Source: PVC group bacterium
GTDB taxonomy: Bacteria; Verrucomicrobiota; Kiritimatiellia; SS1-B-03-39; UBA6053
DNA length: 33,377 bases
Assembly (NCBI GenBank): GCA_003565815.1
Contig: PXAS01000174.1
Span: 1 to 33,377 of the forward strand
Direction: 5' to 3'
The notes below the pieces were generated by a model, which was given only the letters and a program-made list of their open reading frames with translations, ran no database searches and was not told the DNA's origin. Positions within the stretch are counted from its first letter, which is position 1. The number at the start of each line of letters is the position of its first letter. This document shows positions 21,616 through 30,255 of the stretch, in pieces. A program made the translations under genes and the position numbers.

Positions 21616-23697
21616 ATGAAACAAAATGCTCGTTTAATCCTGACGGCCCTCGCCGCTTTTTTCGCGGTAACGCTTCCCATAAGCGCACAAGAACCCGCCA
21701 CCCCCCGGGTCCCGGTTCTTGTTCCCGGTAAAACCCTCCCCCTGCGTGTTCTTACCCGTCCGTTTTCCAGTGTACGGGCCGAACCCTCTGTGGATGCCGC
21801 TCTCTTGCGGGAGAATGTCCCCGCGTTTCAACCGTTTTATGTGTACACCCGACCTCCTGTGACTGACTTTGGCGAAGCGGAAGGCTGGTACGAAGTCGGA
21901 GACAGCACCCGCGGCGACATCGCGGGATGGATGCAAGCCGCCGATGTGATGGAATGGCACCAAGCCATGTGCCTGGCCTACACCCACCCCGACGGTCGAG
22001 ACCCGGTCATGATGTTCGGGCGCAAGGCCCCCCTCATGGCATTAGTGGCCGCTCCCGATCGGGACGGTCAGGTCGAAGCACTGTTGGAAACACTGGACTC
22101 AGGGGATATCCCGGAAGATTTCCCCCTGGTCTCGGTAGAACCCAAGCGCCCGGTCTTCATGTTCATCGAAGAACAATTCTACCTCCTACCCATTCTGAAC
22201 CACGAGCCCGTGGAGATGGAGGGTCGCGAAGGCCGCCTGCTTCGCCTCGCCGCAGCCACCACCGCCGCCGGAGGACGCGGGTCCACCACCCTTCAGGATG
22301 AAAATTTCGTCAAAAGTGCTGTAACCGGCAGCGACGCCCCGTCCGAAAAATTGAAAGACTTGCAAGTGGAGGTGGTTTATGTGATCGACACCACCGCCAG
22401 CATGCAGCCTTACATCGACGGAACCCGTTCCGCCATCCAGCGCGTGGCCGAACGCATTGCCAACAATCCCGACGTTGCCGATAACGTCCGTTTTGGCCTA
22501 TGGGCCTTCCGCGATTCCCTCGATATTCCCGGCATCGAGTACCTCACCAAAAATTTCACCTCGGAACTGGTGGCCGCCTCCGATTTTGTCGGAATTCTTG
22601 AACAGGTCGAAGAAGCCAAAGTCGGCAGCCAGGGCTATCCCGAGGATGTGTTCTCCGGGATTGACAAAGCCCTGACAGAAACCGCCTGGTCGCCCGACTC
22701 CCTCAAGTTTATCATCCTCATCGGTGATGCCCCCTCCCATCCAACGGGGCACCGATGGAATGCCTCCGGAAAAGGCGCAGCGGAACTGCGCCAGTTTGCC
22801 AACGACGCCCGGATTTTTATTCAATCCGTTCACATCAAGGAAATGCGGGACCCCCGCGTATTGCCATACCATGAACTGACCGAACAGCAGTTTGCCAGAC
22901 TTGCCGAAAACCGGGGTGTTTCCGCGGACGGGGGATCTTCCTATCTTGCGGTCGCCGCCCATGACGAAGCCGCGTTCGCCGCTCTCTCCGACTCCATGCT
23001 CAAGGTCTTCGAGTCCGTCCTGGAATCGGCCCGAGCAGAGGGAAATCTCGCCGCAGTCACCCGGACACAAAGCCCGGACGACTTGGAGATCACCTTGGAT
23101 GTGAACCGCAAAACCGCGGAGGAGGCCGCCCGCGAGGCCGATGCGGTCACCTCGCAAATGGTGCGGGCCGCCCTCGTGGACTGGATCGGCAAAGTGGAAA
23201 ACGTGCAAGCCCCCCGCGACATTACCGCCTGGGTGGTGGACAAAGACCTGCGCGATCCCGCCATTCCCTCTCTGGAGGTTCGGGTGCTGGTGAACAAAAA
23301 TCAGCTCGATTCCCTGCGCACCGTTCTTCAGGAACTGATGGTGGCGGGCCGCCGCGGACAGATCGCCAATGAAACCTTCTTTGATTCCCTTCAGGCCACC
23401 TCCGCGACCCTCTCCGTCACCCCGGAACAAATCCGCAACGCCCGCACCCTCTCGGAAACCGGGCTAATACCGGACTTTCTGGTCGGGCTCCCCTACAACA
23501 GCCGCATCATGGCCATGAGCAATGACGACTGGCGCGCCTGGTCTCAGGACCAGCAGGACGAATTCCTCAACGATCTGGACGCCAAAATCAGTTACTACGG
23601 TGCCCTGCACGACGAACCGGGGGTATGGGTCCGCCTGAACCCCGGAGACGATCCGGACGAACATGTTCACCCCCTCAGCCTGGAAATGCTTCCCTGA
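21616..23697 (+). CDS. Secreted SH3b-like + von Willebrand factor A (vWA) domain protein
   Basis: ATG 21616 has AAGGGA upstream. Signal peptide: MKQNARLILTALAAFFAVTLPISA/QE. SH3b-like segment at ~21735-21960: VRAEPS...FQPFYVY...EGWYEVGD..GDIAGWM. vWA domain at ~22360-22845, with a MIDAS-type DTTAS encoded at 22387-22401 (VVYVIDTTASMQPYI), then RFGLWAFRD and FIILIGDAPSH. The ~280-aa C-terminal region is unassigned. Confidence 0.88.
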   Translation: MKQNARLILTALAAFFAVTLPISAQEPATPRVPVLVPGKTLPLRVLTRPFSSVRAEPSVDAALLRENVPAFQPFYVYTRPPVTDFGEAEGWYEVGDSTRGDIAGWMQAADVMEWHQAMCLAYTHPDGRDPVMMFGRKAPLMALVAAPDRDGQVEALLETLDSGDIPEDFPLVSVEPKRPVFMFIEEQFYLLPILNHEPVEMEGREGRLLRLAAATTAAGGRGSTTLQDENFVKSAVTGSDAPSEKLKDLQVEVVYVIDTTASMQPYIDGTRSAIQRVAERIANNPDVADNVRFGLWAFRDSLDIPGIEYLTKNFTSELVAASDFVGILEQVEEAKVGSQGYPEDVFSGIDKALTETAWSPDSLKFIILIGDAPSHPTGHRWNASGKGAAELRQFANDARIFIQSVHIKEMRDPRVLPYHELTEQQFARLAENRGVSADGGSSYLAVAAHDEAAFAALSDSMLKVFESVLESARAEGNLAAVTRTQSPDDLEITLDVNRKTAEEAAREADAVTSQMVRAALVDWIGKVENVQAPRDITAWVVDKDLRDPAIPSLEVRVLVNKNQLDSLRTVLQELMVAGRRGQIANETFFDSLQATSATLSVTPEQIRNARTLSETGLIPDFLVGLPYNSRIMAMSNDDWRAWSQDQQDEFLNDLDAKISYYGALHDEPGVWVRLNPGDDPDEHVHPLSLEMLP

Positions 23698-23708
23698 AGA
23701 GGCTCCCC

Positions 23709-24473
23709 ATGCCATCCTCCCCCTCCAGCCCCCAAGCCGAGTCCGAAAGCCCGCCGCCGGTCTTGGAACTGGAAAATGTCGTCAAATGCCGCGAGAAAGG
23801 TGACCAGGTCTTTGAACTCCGTGTCCCCTCCCTCCGGGTGGATGCCGGGGAGTTTGTGGTCATCGCGGGAGAAAGCGGTTGCGGGAAAAGCACCTTGCTG
23901 GACATGCTGGGGCTCGTTCTCAGCCCCACGTCCGGGGACCGTTTCCTCCTGCGCTCCGGCTCCGGCCGCGAACACGCCATTCTGGGGATGTCCTCCGGCA
24001 AGCTCGCCGCCCTTCGTCGCTCCGAACTGGGCTATGTCCTCCAAACCGGCGGGCTCCTGCCCTTTCTCACCGTGCGCGACAACGTGCTGCTCCCCTGCAA
24101 GATCAATGGCCGCCATGACCGCCATCCCGCAGCCATGGCGTTGTGCGACCGCCTGAAAATCTCCGCCCAACTCCACAAAAAGCCACAGTATCTGTCCGGC
24201 GGCCAACGCCAGCGCGCGGCCATCGCCCGCGCCCTCTCCCACCAACCCCCCATCGTCCTGGCCGATGAACCCACCGCCGCCGTGGACAAACTGACCGCGC
24301 GGGAAATCTGCAACACCTTCAAGGATCTGACCCGCATGATGGGCGTGACCCTCCTGATGGTCACCCATGACGTGGATCTGGTGCGCGATATGATGGACCG
24401 AAGTTATGCATTCACCATCAGCCGTCCCGAAACCCATCATACCATTTCCGTCTGCACGGAGGACAGGCCATGA
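23709..24473 (+). CDS. ABC transporter ATP-binding protein, MacB/LolD/FtsE type
   Basis: ATG 23709 lies 11 nt after the vWA stop, with GAAGAGG upstream. Walker A: GESGCGKST (23868-23894). Q-loop: LQTGGLLPFLTV. Signature: LSGGQRQRAAIARAL. Walker B: IVLADEPTAAVD. H-loop: VTHD. Confidence 0.95.
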   Translation: MPSSPSSPQAESESPPPVLELENVVKCREKGDQVFELRVPSLRVDAGEFVVIAGESGCGKSTLLDMLGLVLSPTSGDRFLLRSGSGREHAILGMSSGKLAALRRSELGYVLQTGGLLPFLTVRDNVLLPCKINGRHDRHPAAMALCDRLKISAQLHKKPQYLSGGQRQRAAIARALSHQPPIVLADEPTAAVDKLTAREICNTFKDLTRMMGVTLLMVTHDVDLVRDMMDRSYAFTISRPETHHTISVCTEDRP

Positions 24474-26305
24474 GCCGCGCCTCCCGCCCCATGCAGCCCG
24501 CCCTGATCCTTCGCCTCGCCTTGGCGGACTTGCGTCATGAATGGATCCTCACCTTTTGTCTCGTGCTCGCAATTTCCGCGGTGATCGCCCCTCTGCTCCT
24601 GCTGTTCGGCCTCAAGCACGGCACCATCGAAACCCTGCGCATGCGTTTGGTGGAGGATCCCAAAAACCGCGAAATCCGCCCCATGGCCAGCCTGACCTTC
24701 ACCCGGGATTGGTTTGCGGAAATGGGGGACCGTCCCGACGTGGCCTTTCTGATCCCCATGACCCGCCAGATTTCCGCCTCCGTGACCGCCCGCATCGCGG
24801 GCAAGGACGGAACCGCAGACCTGGATCTGGTTCCCACCGGGCCGGGGGATGCCCTGCTCCTGGAAAACGAAGCCCCCATCCCCGGCGGAGAGGAGGCCGT
24901 CTTGAGCGCCCTGGCCGCAGAATCCCTGAGCGCGGCGCCCGGGGATGTGCTGGTGGTGGATGTCACCCGGGTGGTGGGCAATCGTCGGGAACGAGCGTCC
25001 GTGGAGCTGCGCGTGCAAGGGATCACGAGTTTGCGCGCCGGCGCCCAGCGGCTCGTCTACGTCCCTTTGGCCCTGATCGAACAGGTTGAAGCCTATCGCG
25101 ATGGCCAGGCCGTGCCGGAGTTGGGCTGGTCCGGATCCCAGCCCGAAGCCTACCCCTTGTTCGACGGCGTGGTAGTGGCCACGGCGGAACCCATGACCGT
25201 TCTGCTCCAGCAGCGCTTGCGGGCCAACAGCGGCTTTACCCGGTCCCGCGACCTGACTGCGGCCGAGGCGGAGACGCTGCTGGGATATCCCCTGCAAAGA
25301 GAAGCCGCGCTTTTCTCCCTCTCCACGCAAATCCGGCCCGCGGGCATGGAAAACCTCAACGCGGTGCGCACGCAGCTCCGCGGCCAGAATGCCGTCCTGC
25401 TGCCGTTCGTCAACCCCATGAAGGCCGGCCTGCCAGAAGTCGGCGCCGAGCTGGAAATCCACATTCTACCCTCCGAGGCCGCCGCGCTTGGGGTTCTCCC
25501 CTCCCCCGCCCTGCTGGAGGGCGGCGAAGACAACTCCGTCCCCGCCGTGCTCCCCCGGGGGATCGCGAAACAGGGCGCAGTGCTGGAAATGGAGCTCGTC
25601 AACGACAACGGCACCCTGCGCTTCCCGCTCCGCGTGGCGGGGACCCATGAGCTTTCGGACACCATCCTTTTTCTTCCGGAGCGCGCGGGCGGAATTCTGC
25701 GTCTGTCCCAAACCCGTCCGCTTCGCTACGATTCCGAGCGGGGCGTGTTTCTGATGTATCGCCGGGGATACGCGGGGTTCCGCATGTACACCCGCAACAT
25801 TGAGGACGTGGCGATTCTCCGGCAGGTCATGGAGTCCCAAAACATCCCCGTGCATACCGAAGCGGAGCGCATCCATTCCGTTATGGAGATGGACCGCTAC
25901 CTGACCTTGATATTTTGGCTGGTTGCCGCAGTTGGAATTGCGGGAAGCGTGGCCTCCCTGGTCGCAAGTCTCTACGCCTCCGTGGAACGCAAGCGCAGGG
26001 AACTGGGAGTTTTGCGTCTGATCGGGCTCCCCGGCAGCCGTATGTTCCGCTTTCCGGTTTACCAGGGCGTGCTGATCGCGACCGGAGGCTTCGGAGTCGC
26101 CCTGATGTTCTTCCACCTGCTGGCCAACACCATCAACCGCATGTTTGCCGGTCACTTGCAAAGCGGCGAACGCTTTTGCTTTCTGCCCGCGGAGTACACG
26201 GCCATGGCCCTGGCCGGGGTGGTGGCCGTCGCGGCCCTGTCCGCCATCGCCGCAGTGGTGCGCCTGGCGCGCATTGATCCCGCCGAAGCCCTGAGGGACG
26301 AATGA
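24470..26305 (+). CDS. FtsX/MacB-type (type VII) ABC permease with ~430-aa periplasmic domain
   Basis: The start overlaps the ATPase stop (ATGA). TM1 is WILTFCLVLAISAVIAPLLLLFGL (aa ~25-48). A long soluble region spans aa ~49-477. A three-TM FtsX module follows (LTLIFWLVAAVGIAGSVASLVASLYA ... ERKRRELGVLRLIGL ... VLIATGGFGVALMFFHLLA ... YTAMALAGVVAVAALSAIAAVV), ending in the typical RIDPAEALRDE. Confidence 0.9.
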   Translation: MSRASRPMQPALILRLALADLRHEWILTFCLVLAISAVIAPLLLLFGLKHGTIETLRMRLVEDPKNREIRPMASLTFTRDWFAEMGDRPDVAFLIPMTRQISASVTARIAGKDGTADLDLVPTGPGDALLLENEAPIPGGEEAVLSALAAESLSAAPGDVLVVDVTRVVGNRRERASVELRVQGITSLRAGAQRLVYVPLALIEQVEAYRDGQAVPELGWSGSQPEAYPLFDGVVVATAEPMTVLLQQRLRANSGFTRSRDLTAAEAETLLGYPLQREAALFSLSTQIRPAGMENLNAVRTQLRGQNAVLLPFVNPMKAGLPEVGAELEIHILPSEAAALGVLPSPALLEGGEDNSVPAVLPRGIAKQGAVLEMELVNDNGTLRFPLRVAGTHELSDTILFLPERAGGILRLSQTRPLRYDSERGVFLMYRRGYAGFRMYTRNIEDVAILRQVMESQNIPVHTEAERIHSVMEMDRYLTLIFWLVAAVGIAGSVASLVASLYASVERKRRELGVLRLIGLPGSRMFRFPVYQGVLIATGGFGVALMFFHLLANTINRMFAGHLQSGERFCFLPAEYTAMALAGVVAVAALSAIAAVVRLARIDPAEALRDE

Positions 26306-27849
26306 TGATTCACAAACCCGCTCTCCTTTTCTGCCTTTTGTTTGGAGTCGGCCTGGCGCCGGCCCAAGACCCTGACGATCCCAAACCGGCAGAGCACGAC
26401 CTGCGCCTCCCCATGCCGGGGGGCGGCGTCATGGTCTTCCGTCCCGTCTTCCTCGGCGTGGGGGACGGACCTTACGCCACCCGCGAATTCACAATGGGCG
26501 ACCGGGCCACGGGCGGTTTCAAGGAACACCCCACCGCGGTGCTCCTCGGCGGATCCTTTGTAAAGGAAAATGAAGGTAAAAAAGATTTGATGTACTGGAT
26601 CGGAAAATACGAGGTCACGGAACGGCAGTACAATCTGATCATGAACCCCGGCGAGGCGGGGAGCCTGGATCCTCAAACCCGGGTTTCATGGCACGAGGTC
26701 CAGGATTTTATTCACCGGTACAACCTTTGGCTGCTGGAACACGCCTCCGACCGGCTGCCCGCCCTGGACGAAGCGCCCGGATTTTTACGACTGCCCACCG
26801 AGGAGGAGTGGGAATTTGCGGCCCGCGGCGGAAACGAGGTGTCCATGGATATCTTTGACCGCAAACACCCCTACGGCCGCAATCTCAACCGCCATGAATG
26901 GTATTCAGGCCCCCGCTCCTCCCACGACCGCGTCAAAAATATCGGGCTGCTTAGGCCCAATCCCCTGGGCATTCATGATATGCTGGGCAACGTCGCGGAA
27001 ATGACCTCCGTTTCCTACCGATTGGAATATCTCCAGGGACGCCCCGGCGGCTTCGCGGCCCGCGGCGGAAATTTCCGCACCCCGGAAGCCCATATACGTT
27101 CCTCCTTCCGCACGGAACACGCCTTTTATCTTGCCGACGGCAGCCCCGCGGCCCAAGCCGAACTGGGCTTCCGTCCGGTAATCGCCGCCCCGGTATTCGC
27201 GGGCCGCGAGACCATTCATGCACTGGAAGAAAGCTGGGCGGACTACCGCCGCGAAACCCCCACCCCGGGAACCGCCGCCCAGTCCACCGCGCCCGCGGCG
27301 GAACGCACCCTCTATTCGCTGGAGGACGCCCGCAAAACCCTGGAACGCCTGGAGGCCGGACTTCAGGCCGGCGCCGACGAGGACACCCTCAACGCCCTAG
27401 GACTTCTCCGCGCCTCCTTTGGCGATGTGCAGGCCATGGTACTGAAAGCCGAACGGGATTCCGCAGCCGCCTGGGCGCGCATCGCCTCCTCCAACGCCAC
27501 CTTTTTGCGCGGGGAGCTGCGCAAAATCCCCGCCTCCCTCCGGGTGATAGAAATCAGCAAACAAACCGGGGGAACCGCCGACCTGGCCCTCTACGAACAA
27601 CGCCACAAAAATCTGCTCAACAACATTCAAAACACCCGAAATCTCTACGGTCTCGCCATCCGCGAGCTGGGCAAAGTCGCCCCCGGGCGCGCCCGGGAAG
27701 GCTTTGCCGCCTACGAACAGCACTTGATCGAGCTGGGCCTGGTCGAACAGATCCAAGTCAACAACCTGGTCCTGAAACAGTATCTCGAATATGTGGAGAC
27801 CCGGCGTCTCAACCTGGAGGCGTGGGAAACACAACTCCAAGCCTTCTAA
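26302..27849 (+). CDS. Secreted FGE-sulfatase (SUMF1)-fold domain protein, predicted non-catalytic, with helical C-terminal half
   Basis: The start overlaps the permease stop (ATGA). Signal peptide: MMIHKPALLFCLLFGVGLAPA/QD. FGE fold at 26398-27180: WIGKYEVTERQY, RVSWHEVQDFIHRYN, FLRLPTEEEWEFAARGG, NPLGIHDMLGNVAEMT, ARGGNF....ELGFRPV. The only Cys in the protein is in the signal peptide. Confidence 0.9.
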   Translation: MMIHKPALLFCLLFGVGLAPAQDPDDPKPAEHDLRLPMPGGGVMVFRPVFLGVGDGPYATREFTMGDRATGGFKEHPTAVLLGGSFVKENEGKKDLMYWIGKYEVTERQYNLIMNPGEAGSLDPQTRVSWHEVQDFIHRYNLWLLEHASDRLPALDEAPGFLRLPTEEEWEFAARGGNEVSMDIFDRKHPYGRNLNRHEWYSGPRSSHDRVKNIGLLRPNPLGIHDMLGNVAEMTSVSYRLEYLQGRPGGFAARGGNFRTPEAHIRSSFRTEHAFYLADGSPAAQAELGFRPVIAAPVFAGRETIHALEESWADYRRETPTPGTAAQSTAPAAERTLYSLEDARKTLERLEAGLQAGADEDTLNALGLLRASFGDVQAMVLKAERDSAAAWARIASSNATFLRGELRKIPASLRVIEISKQTGGTADLALYEQRHKNLLNNIQNTRNLYGLAIRELGKVAPGRAREGFAAYEQHLIELGLVEQIQVNNLVLKQYLEYVETRRLNLEAWETQLQAF

Positions 27850-27911
27850 ATCGGGCCTTCGAATCCAAACCTTCCAATTCATCCAACCACACCCCATTGA
27901 AAGACAAGCTG

Positions 27912-28553
27912 ATGAAAACACTCATTCCCCTCCTCCTCGTGTCCGCCTTGCTGGCGGGCTGTTCCACATCCGACGATCAAAAAACCCGCCAACAGGGCGC
28001 AGGCCTCGGTGCCGCCGGGGGTGCCCTCATCGGGGGCATCATCGGCCACCAAAGCGGACGCGGCTGGGAAGGCGCCTTCATTGGCGCCGGTGTCGGTGCC
28101 GTGGCCGGCGATATCTATGGCCAGCATGTGAGCCAACGAAAAGCCGAATTTGCCTCTCAGGAGGACTATCTCGATGCCTGCATTGCCGAGGCCTCGGCCA
28201 AACATCAGGCCGTTCTCGCCCAAAACCAGAAACTTCAAAATGACATTGCCTCCCTCGAACTGGAACTGGAGATCTTGGCGGCCACAGCCGAATCCCGCAC
28301 CGTCCATGCCGAACGCCTCAAGCAAATGCGCAAACACCTCGCCGGCCAAATCAAGTCCTCCGAACAAGAACTCGGGGCCTTAAACGACGAGATTGCCCTG
28401 CAACGCGCCGTCTTGGAAGAGGAAAAAGCTTCCGCGCCCGAGGGGTCCATCCAACGGCTGGAAGCACAAATCGCCGCCCTGGAAACACAACGGGAACTCC
28501 TTCAGGAAAACACCCGCCAATTGGCTGCACTCAACAACCGCGCATCCGCCTGA
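27912..28553 (+). CDS. Lipoprotein with SlyB/Pcp-like glycine-zipper segment and C-terminal coiled coil
   Basis: Lipobox: MKTLIPLLLVSALLAG/CSTS. Glycine zipper: GAGLGAAGGALIGGIIGHQSGRGWEGAFIGAGVGAVAGDIYG. About 130 aa of heptad-like Leu/Glu/Gln-rich sequence follow (LQNDIASLELELEILAA..., IQRLEAQIAALETQRELLQEN). Confidence 0.8.
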   Translation: MKTLIPLLLVSALLAGCSTSDDQKTRQQGAGLGAAGGALIGGIIGHQSGRGWEGAFIGAGVGAVAGDIYGQHVSQRKAEFASQEDYLDACIAEASAKHQAVLAQNQKLQNDIASLELELEILAATAESRTVHAERLKQMRKHLAGQIKSSEQELGALNDEIALQRAVLEEEKASAPEGSIQRLEAQIAALETQRELLQENTRQLAALNNRASA

Positions 28554-28568
28554 ACCCGGGAGCCCATC

Positions 28569-29063
28569 ATGAAAACGCTACACCTATTCTGCGCTCTCAC
28601 ATTCCTCAGCGCCTGCACGACCTCAAGCGACCCAAGGGAAGGCGGACTCATCGGCTACTGGTCCACCGGCCCGCAAGGCTACCAACAACGTCTCGACGAA
28701 CGCGGCCAGAACCTGGATGACATCCGACGCCAAACGGACGATGAGGAACGCGCGGGCCAAAGCGCCGCCGCCCGCAGGCAATCCCTGCGGGAACAACTCG
28801 CCCGACAACGCGCCCAACTTCAGGAAATCGAAGAACAAGTGGGTGCCCTGATCGACGAGAGCGAAGCCCTCAGCCTGGAAACCCTCGCCAAAGAGCAAGA
28901 ACGCGCCAGGCTCGCCAACGACCTTCGTGCCCTTCGCAGCCGTGTGAACGCCGAACAAAAAAAACCGGAGGTCCGCCTGGCCGAGCGGGAGCGCGAACTG
29001 GAAAAACTCCGGGAAGAAGTGGGCCTCCTCCTCGAACGCTACTCATTACTCACCACCCTCTAG
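28569..29063 (+). CDS. Coiled-coil lipoprotein
   Basis: GGGAG lies 8 nt upstream of the ATG. Lipobox: MKTLHLFCALTFLSA/CTTS. The rest is charged, heptad-like helix (RRQSLREQLARQRAQLQEIEEQVGALIDESEAL...RERELEKLREEVGLLLERYSLL). Confidence 0.75.
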   Translation: MKTLHLFCALTFLSACTTSSDPREGGLIGYWSTGPQGYQQRLDERGQNLDDIRRQTDDEERAGQSAAARRQSLREQLARQRAQLQEIEEQVGALIDESEALSLETLAKEQERARLANDLRALRSRVNAEQKKPEVRLAERERELEKLREEVGLLLERYSLLTTL

Positions 29064-29070
29064 CCTGCCC

Positions 29071-30255
29071 ATGCAGACCCTGTCACTGCCCATCCTTTTT
29101 ATCCTCACCGCCTGCGCCCCGGGCCTGACGCTTCGCGCCCGGGAGGAGAGCTGGACCCGTAACGAGGCCATGTTGACCTTTTTCGAGGCCCTCCGCGCCG
29201 TGGAGGATCATGCCGTGGAACCCCGCACCCTCGCCGACTTGGTGGAAAGCAGTCTCCGCGGGATTCTTCCCTCCCTTGATCCCCACGCAGAGTACCTCAG
29301 TGCCAAGGAAATGGAAGAACGTTTCGGCAAGCCCGGCGAGGAGTACGGAGGCGTGGGCATGGAGTTGCGTCTCACGAAAGCAGGCGTGAGCTGCCTGCCC
29401 TACCCCGAGAGTCCAGCGGCGCGAGCCGGCATCCTCGAGGGCGACATTCTACTGGCCGTGGACCGTCGGGACGTGACCGGGATGAGCCCCCAAGCATGCG
29501 CCACCTTGATCCGCGGCCCCGTCCCCGGCCCCGTCAGCCTGACCGTCCAAACCCAAGGCGACGAAGCGCGAAAGCTTACCCTGTTCCGCCAAAAGATCCG
29601 TCCGAAAACCGTGGTGCTTCGTCAAGAGCCGGGCGAAGTCCTGCTGCGCATTTACACCTTCAACGCCTCCACCCCCGGCGAATTTCGGAAGCTTGTCAAG
29701 AAAGTGGCCCCCGGAGATACCCTGATTGTGGATCTGCGGGGAAATCAGGGGGGAAGCCTCTACGACGCAGTGGACATCGCCGCCTTTTTCCTGCCGGAAG
29801 GCCGCGAGATTCTCACCGTTCACAAACGTGACGGCAGCCGCATTTGGAAAAGCCCCGCCGACGGCCCCTTCGTGGGCCGGCGGGTGCTTTTACTGCAGGA
29901 TGAAAACAGCGCCAGCGCCGCCGAGGTTCTCCTCGCGGCCCTCACCCGCAACGGAGCCGCCACCTCCATCGGGACCCGCTCACTTGGCAAAGGCAACACC
30001 CAACATCTCTTCCCCCTCTCCACTGGCGGGGCCATCCTGCTGACCGATGGCACCTTGGAGGGCCCCGGGGGCTTCTCCTGGAACCAATGCGGGATCCCGC
30101 CCCATATCCCCCTGCCTGCTTTTGACGAGTCTGCCTGGGGGGCCATCACCCTCTCGGACTCCTTCCCCGCTTCTGTTCCGAACATTTCCATCTCCCCCGG
30201 CGCTCCTTCCGGGGAAAGCCTGAACGAACCCCCAAAAAAAGAGAACATCCCGTGA
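29071..30255 (+). CDS. S41-family (Prc/Ctp-type C-terminal processing) serine protease lipoprotein with PDZ domain
   Basis: Lipobox: MQTLSLPILFILTA/CAPG. PDZ: GVGMELRLTKAGVSCLPYPESPAARAGILEGDILLAVDRRDV. S41 core: LIVDLRGNQGGSLYDAVDIAAFF. Ser motif: LLLQDENSASAAEVLLAAL. Lys motif: GTRSLGKGNTQ. Confidence 0.9.
   Translation: MQTLSLPILFILTACAPGLTLRAREESWTRNEAMLTFFEALRAVEDHAVEPRTLADLVESSLRGILPSLDPHAEYLSAKEMEERFGKPGEEYGGVGMELRLTKAGVSCLPYPESPAARAGILEGDILLAVDRRDVTGMSPQACATLIRGPVPGPVSLTVQTQGDEARKLTLFRQKIRPKTVVLRQEPGEVLLRIYTFNASTPGEFRKLVKKVAPGDTLIVDLRGNQGGSLYDAVDIAAFFLPEGREILTVHKRDGSRIWKSPADGPFVGRRVLLLQDENSASAAEVLLAALTRNGAATSIGTRSLGKGNTQHLFPLSTGGAILLTDGTLEGPGGFSWNQCGIPPHIPLPAFDESAWGAITLSDSFPASVPNISISPGAPSGESLNEPPKKENIP

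Noticed and set aside
26302-27849. Annotating the FGE-fold genes as sulfatase-maturating enzymes
   Set aside because: The mature 26302-27849 product has no Cys, and the 146-1624 copy lacks the C-terminal half-domain. No sulfatase-type substrate gene is in the window. The fold is therefore kept as a putative binding module.
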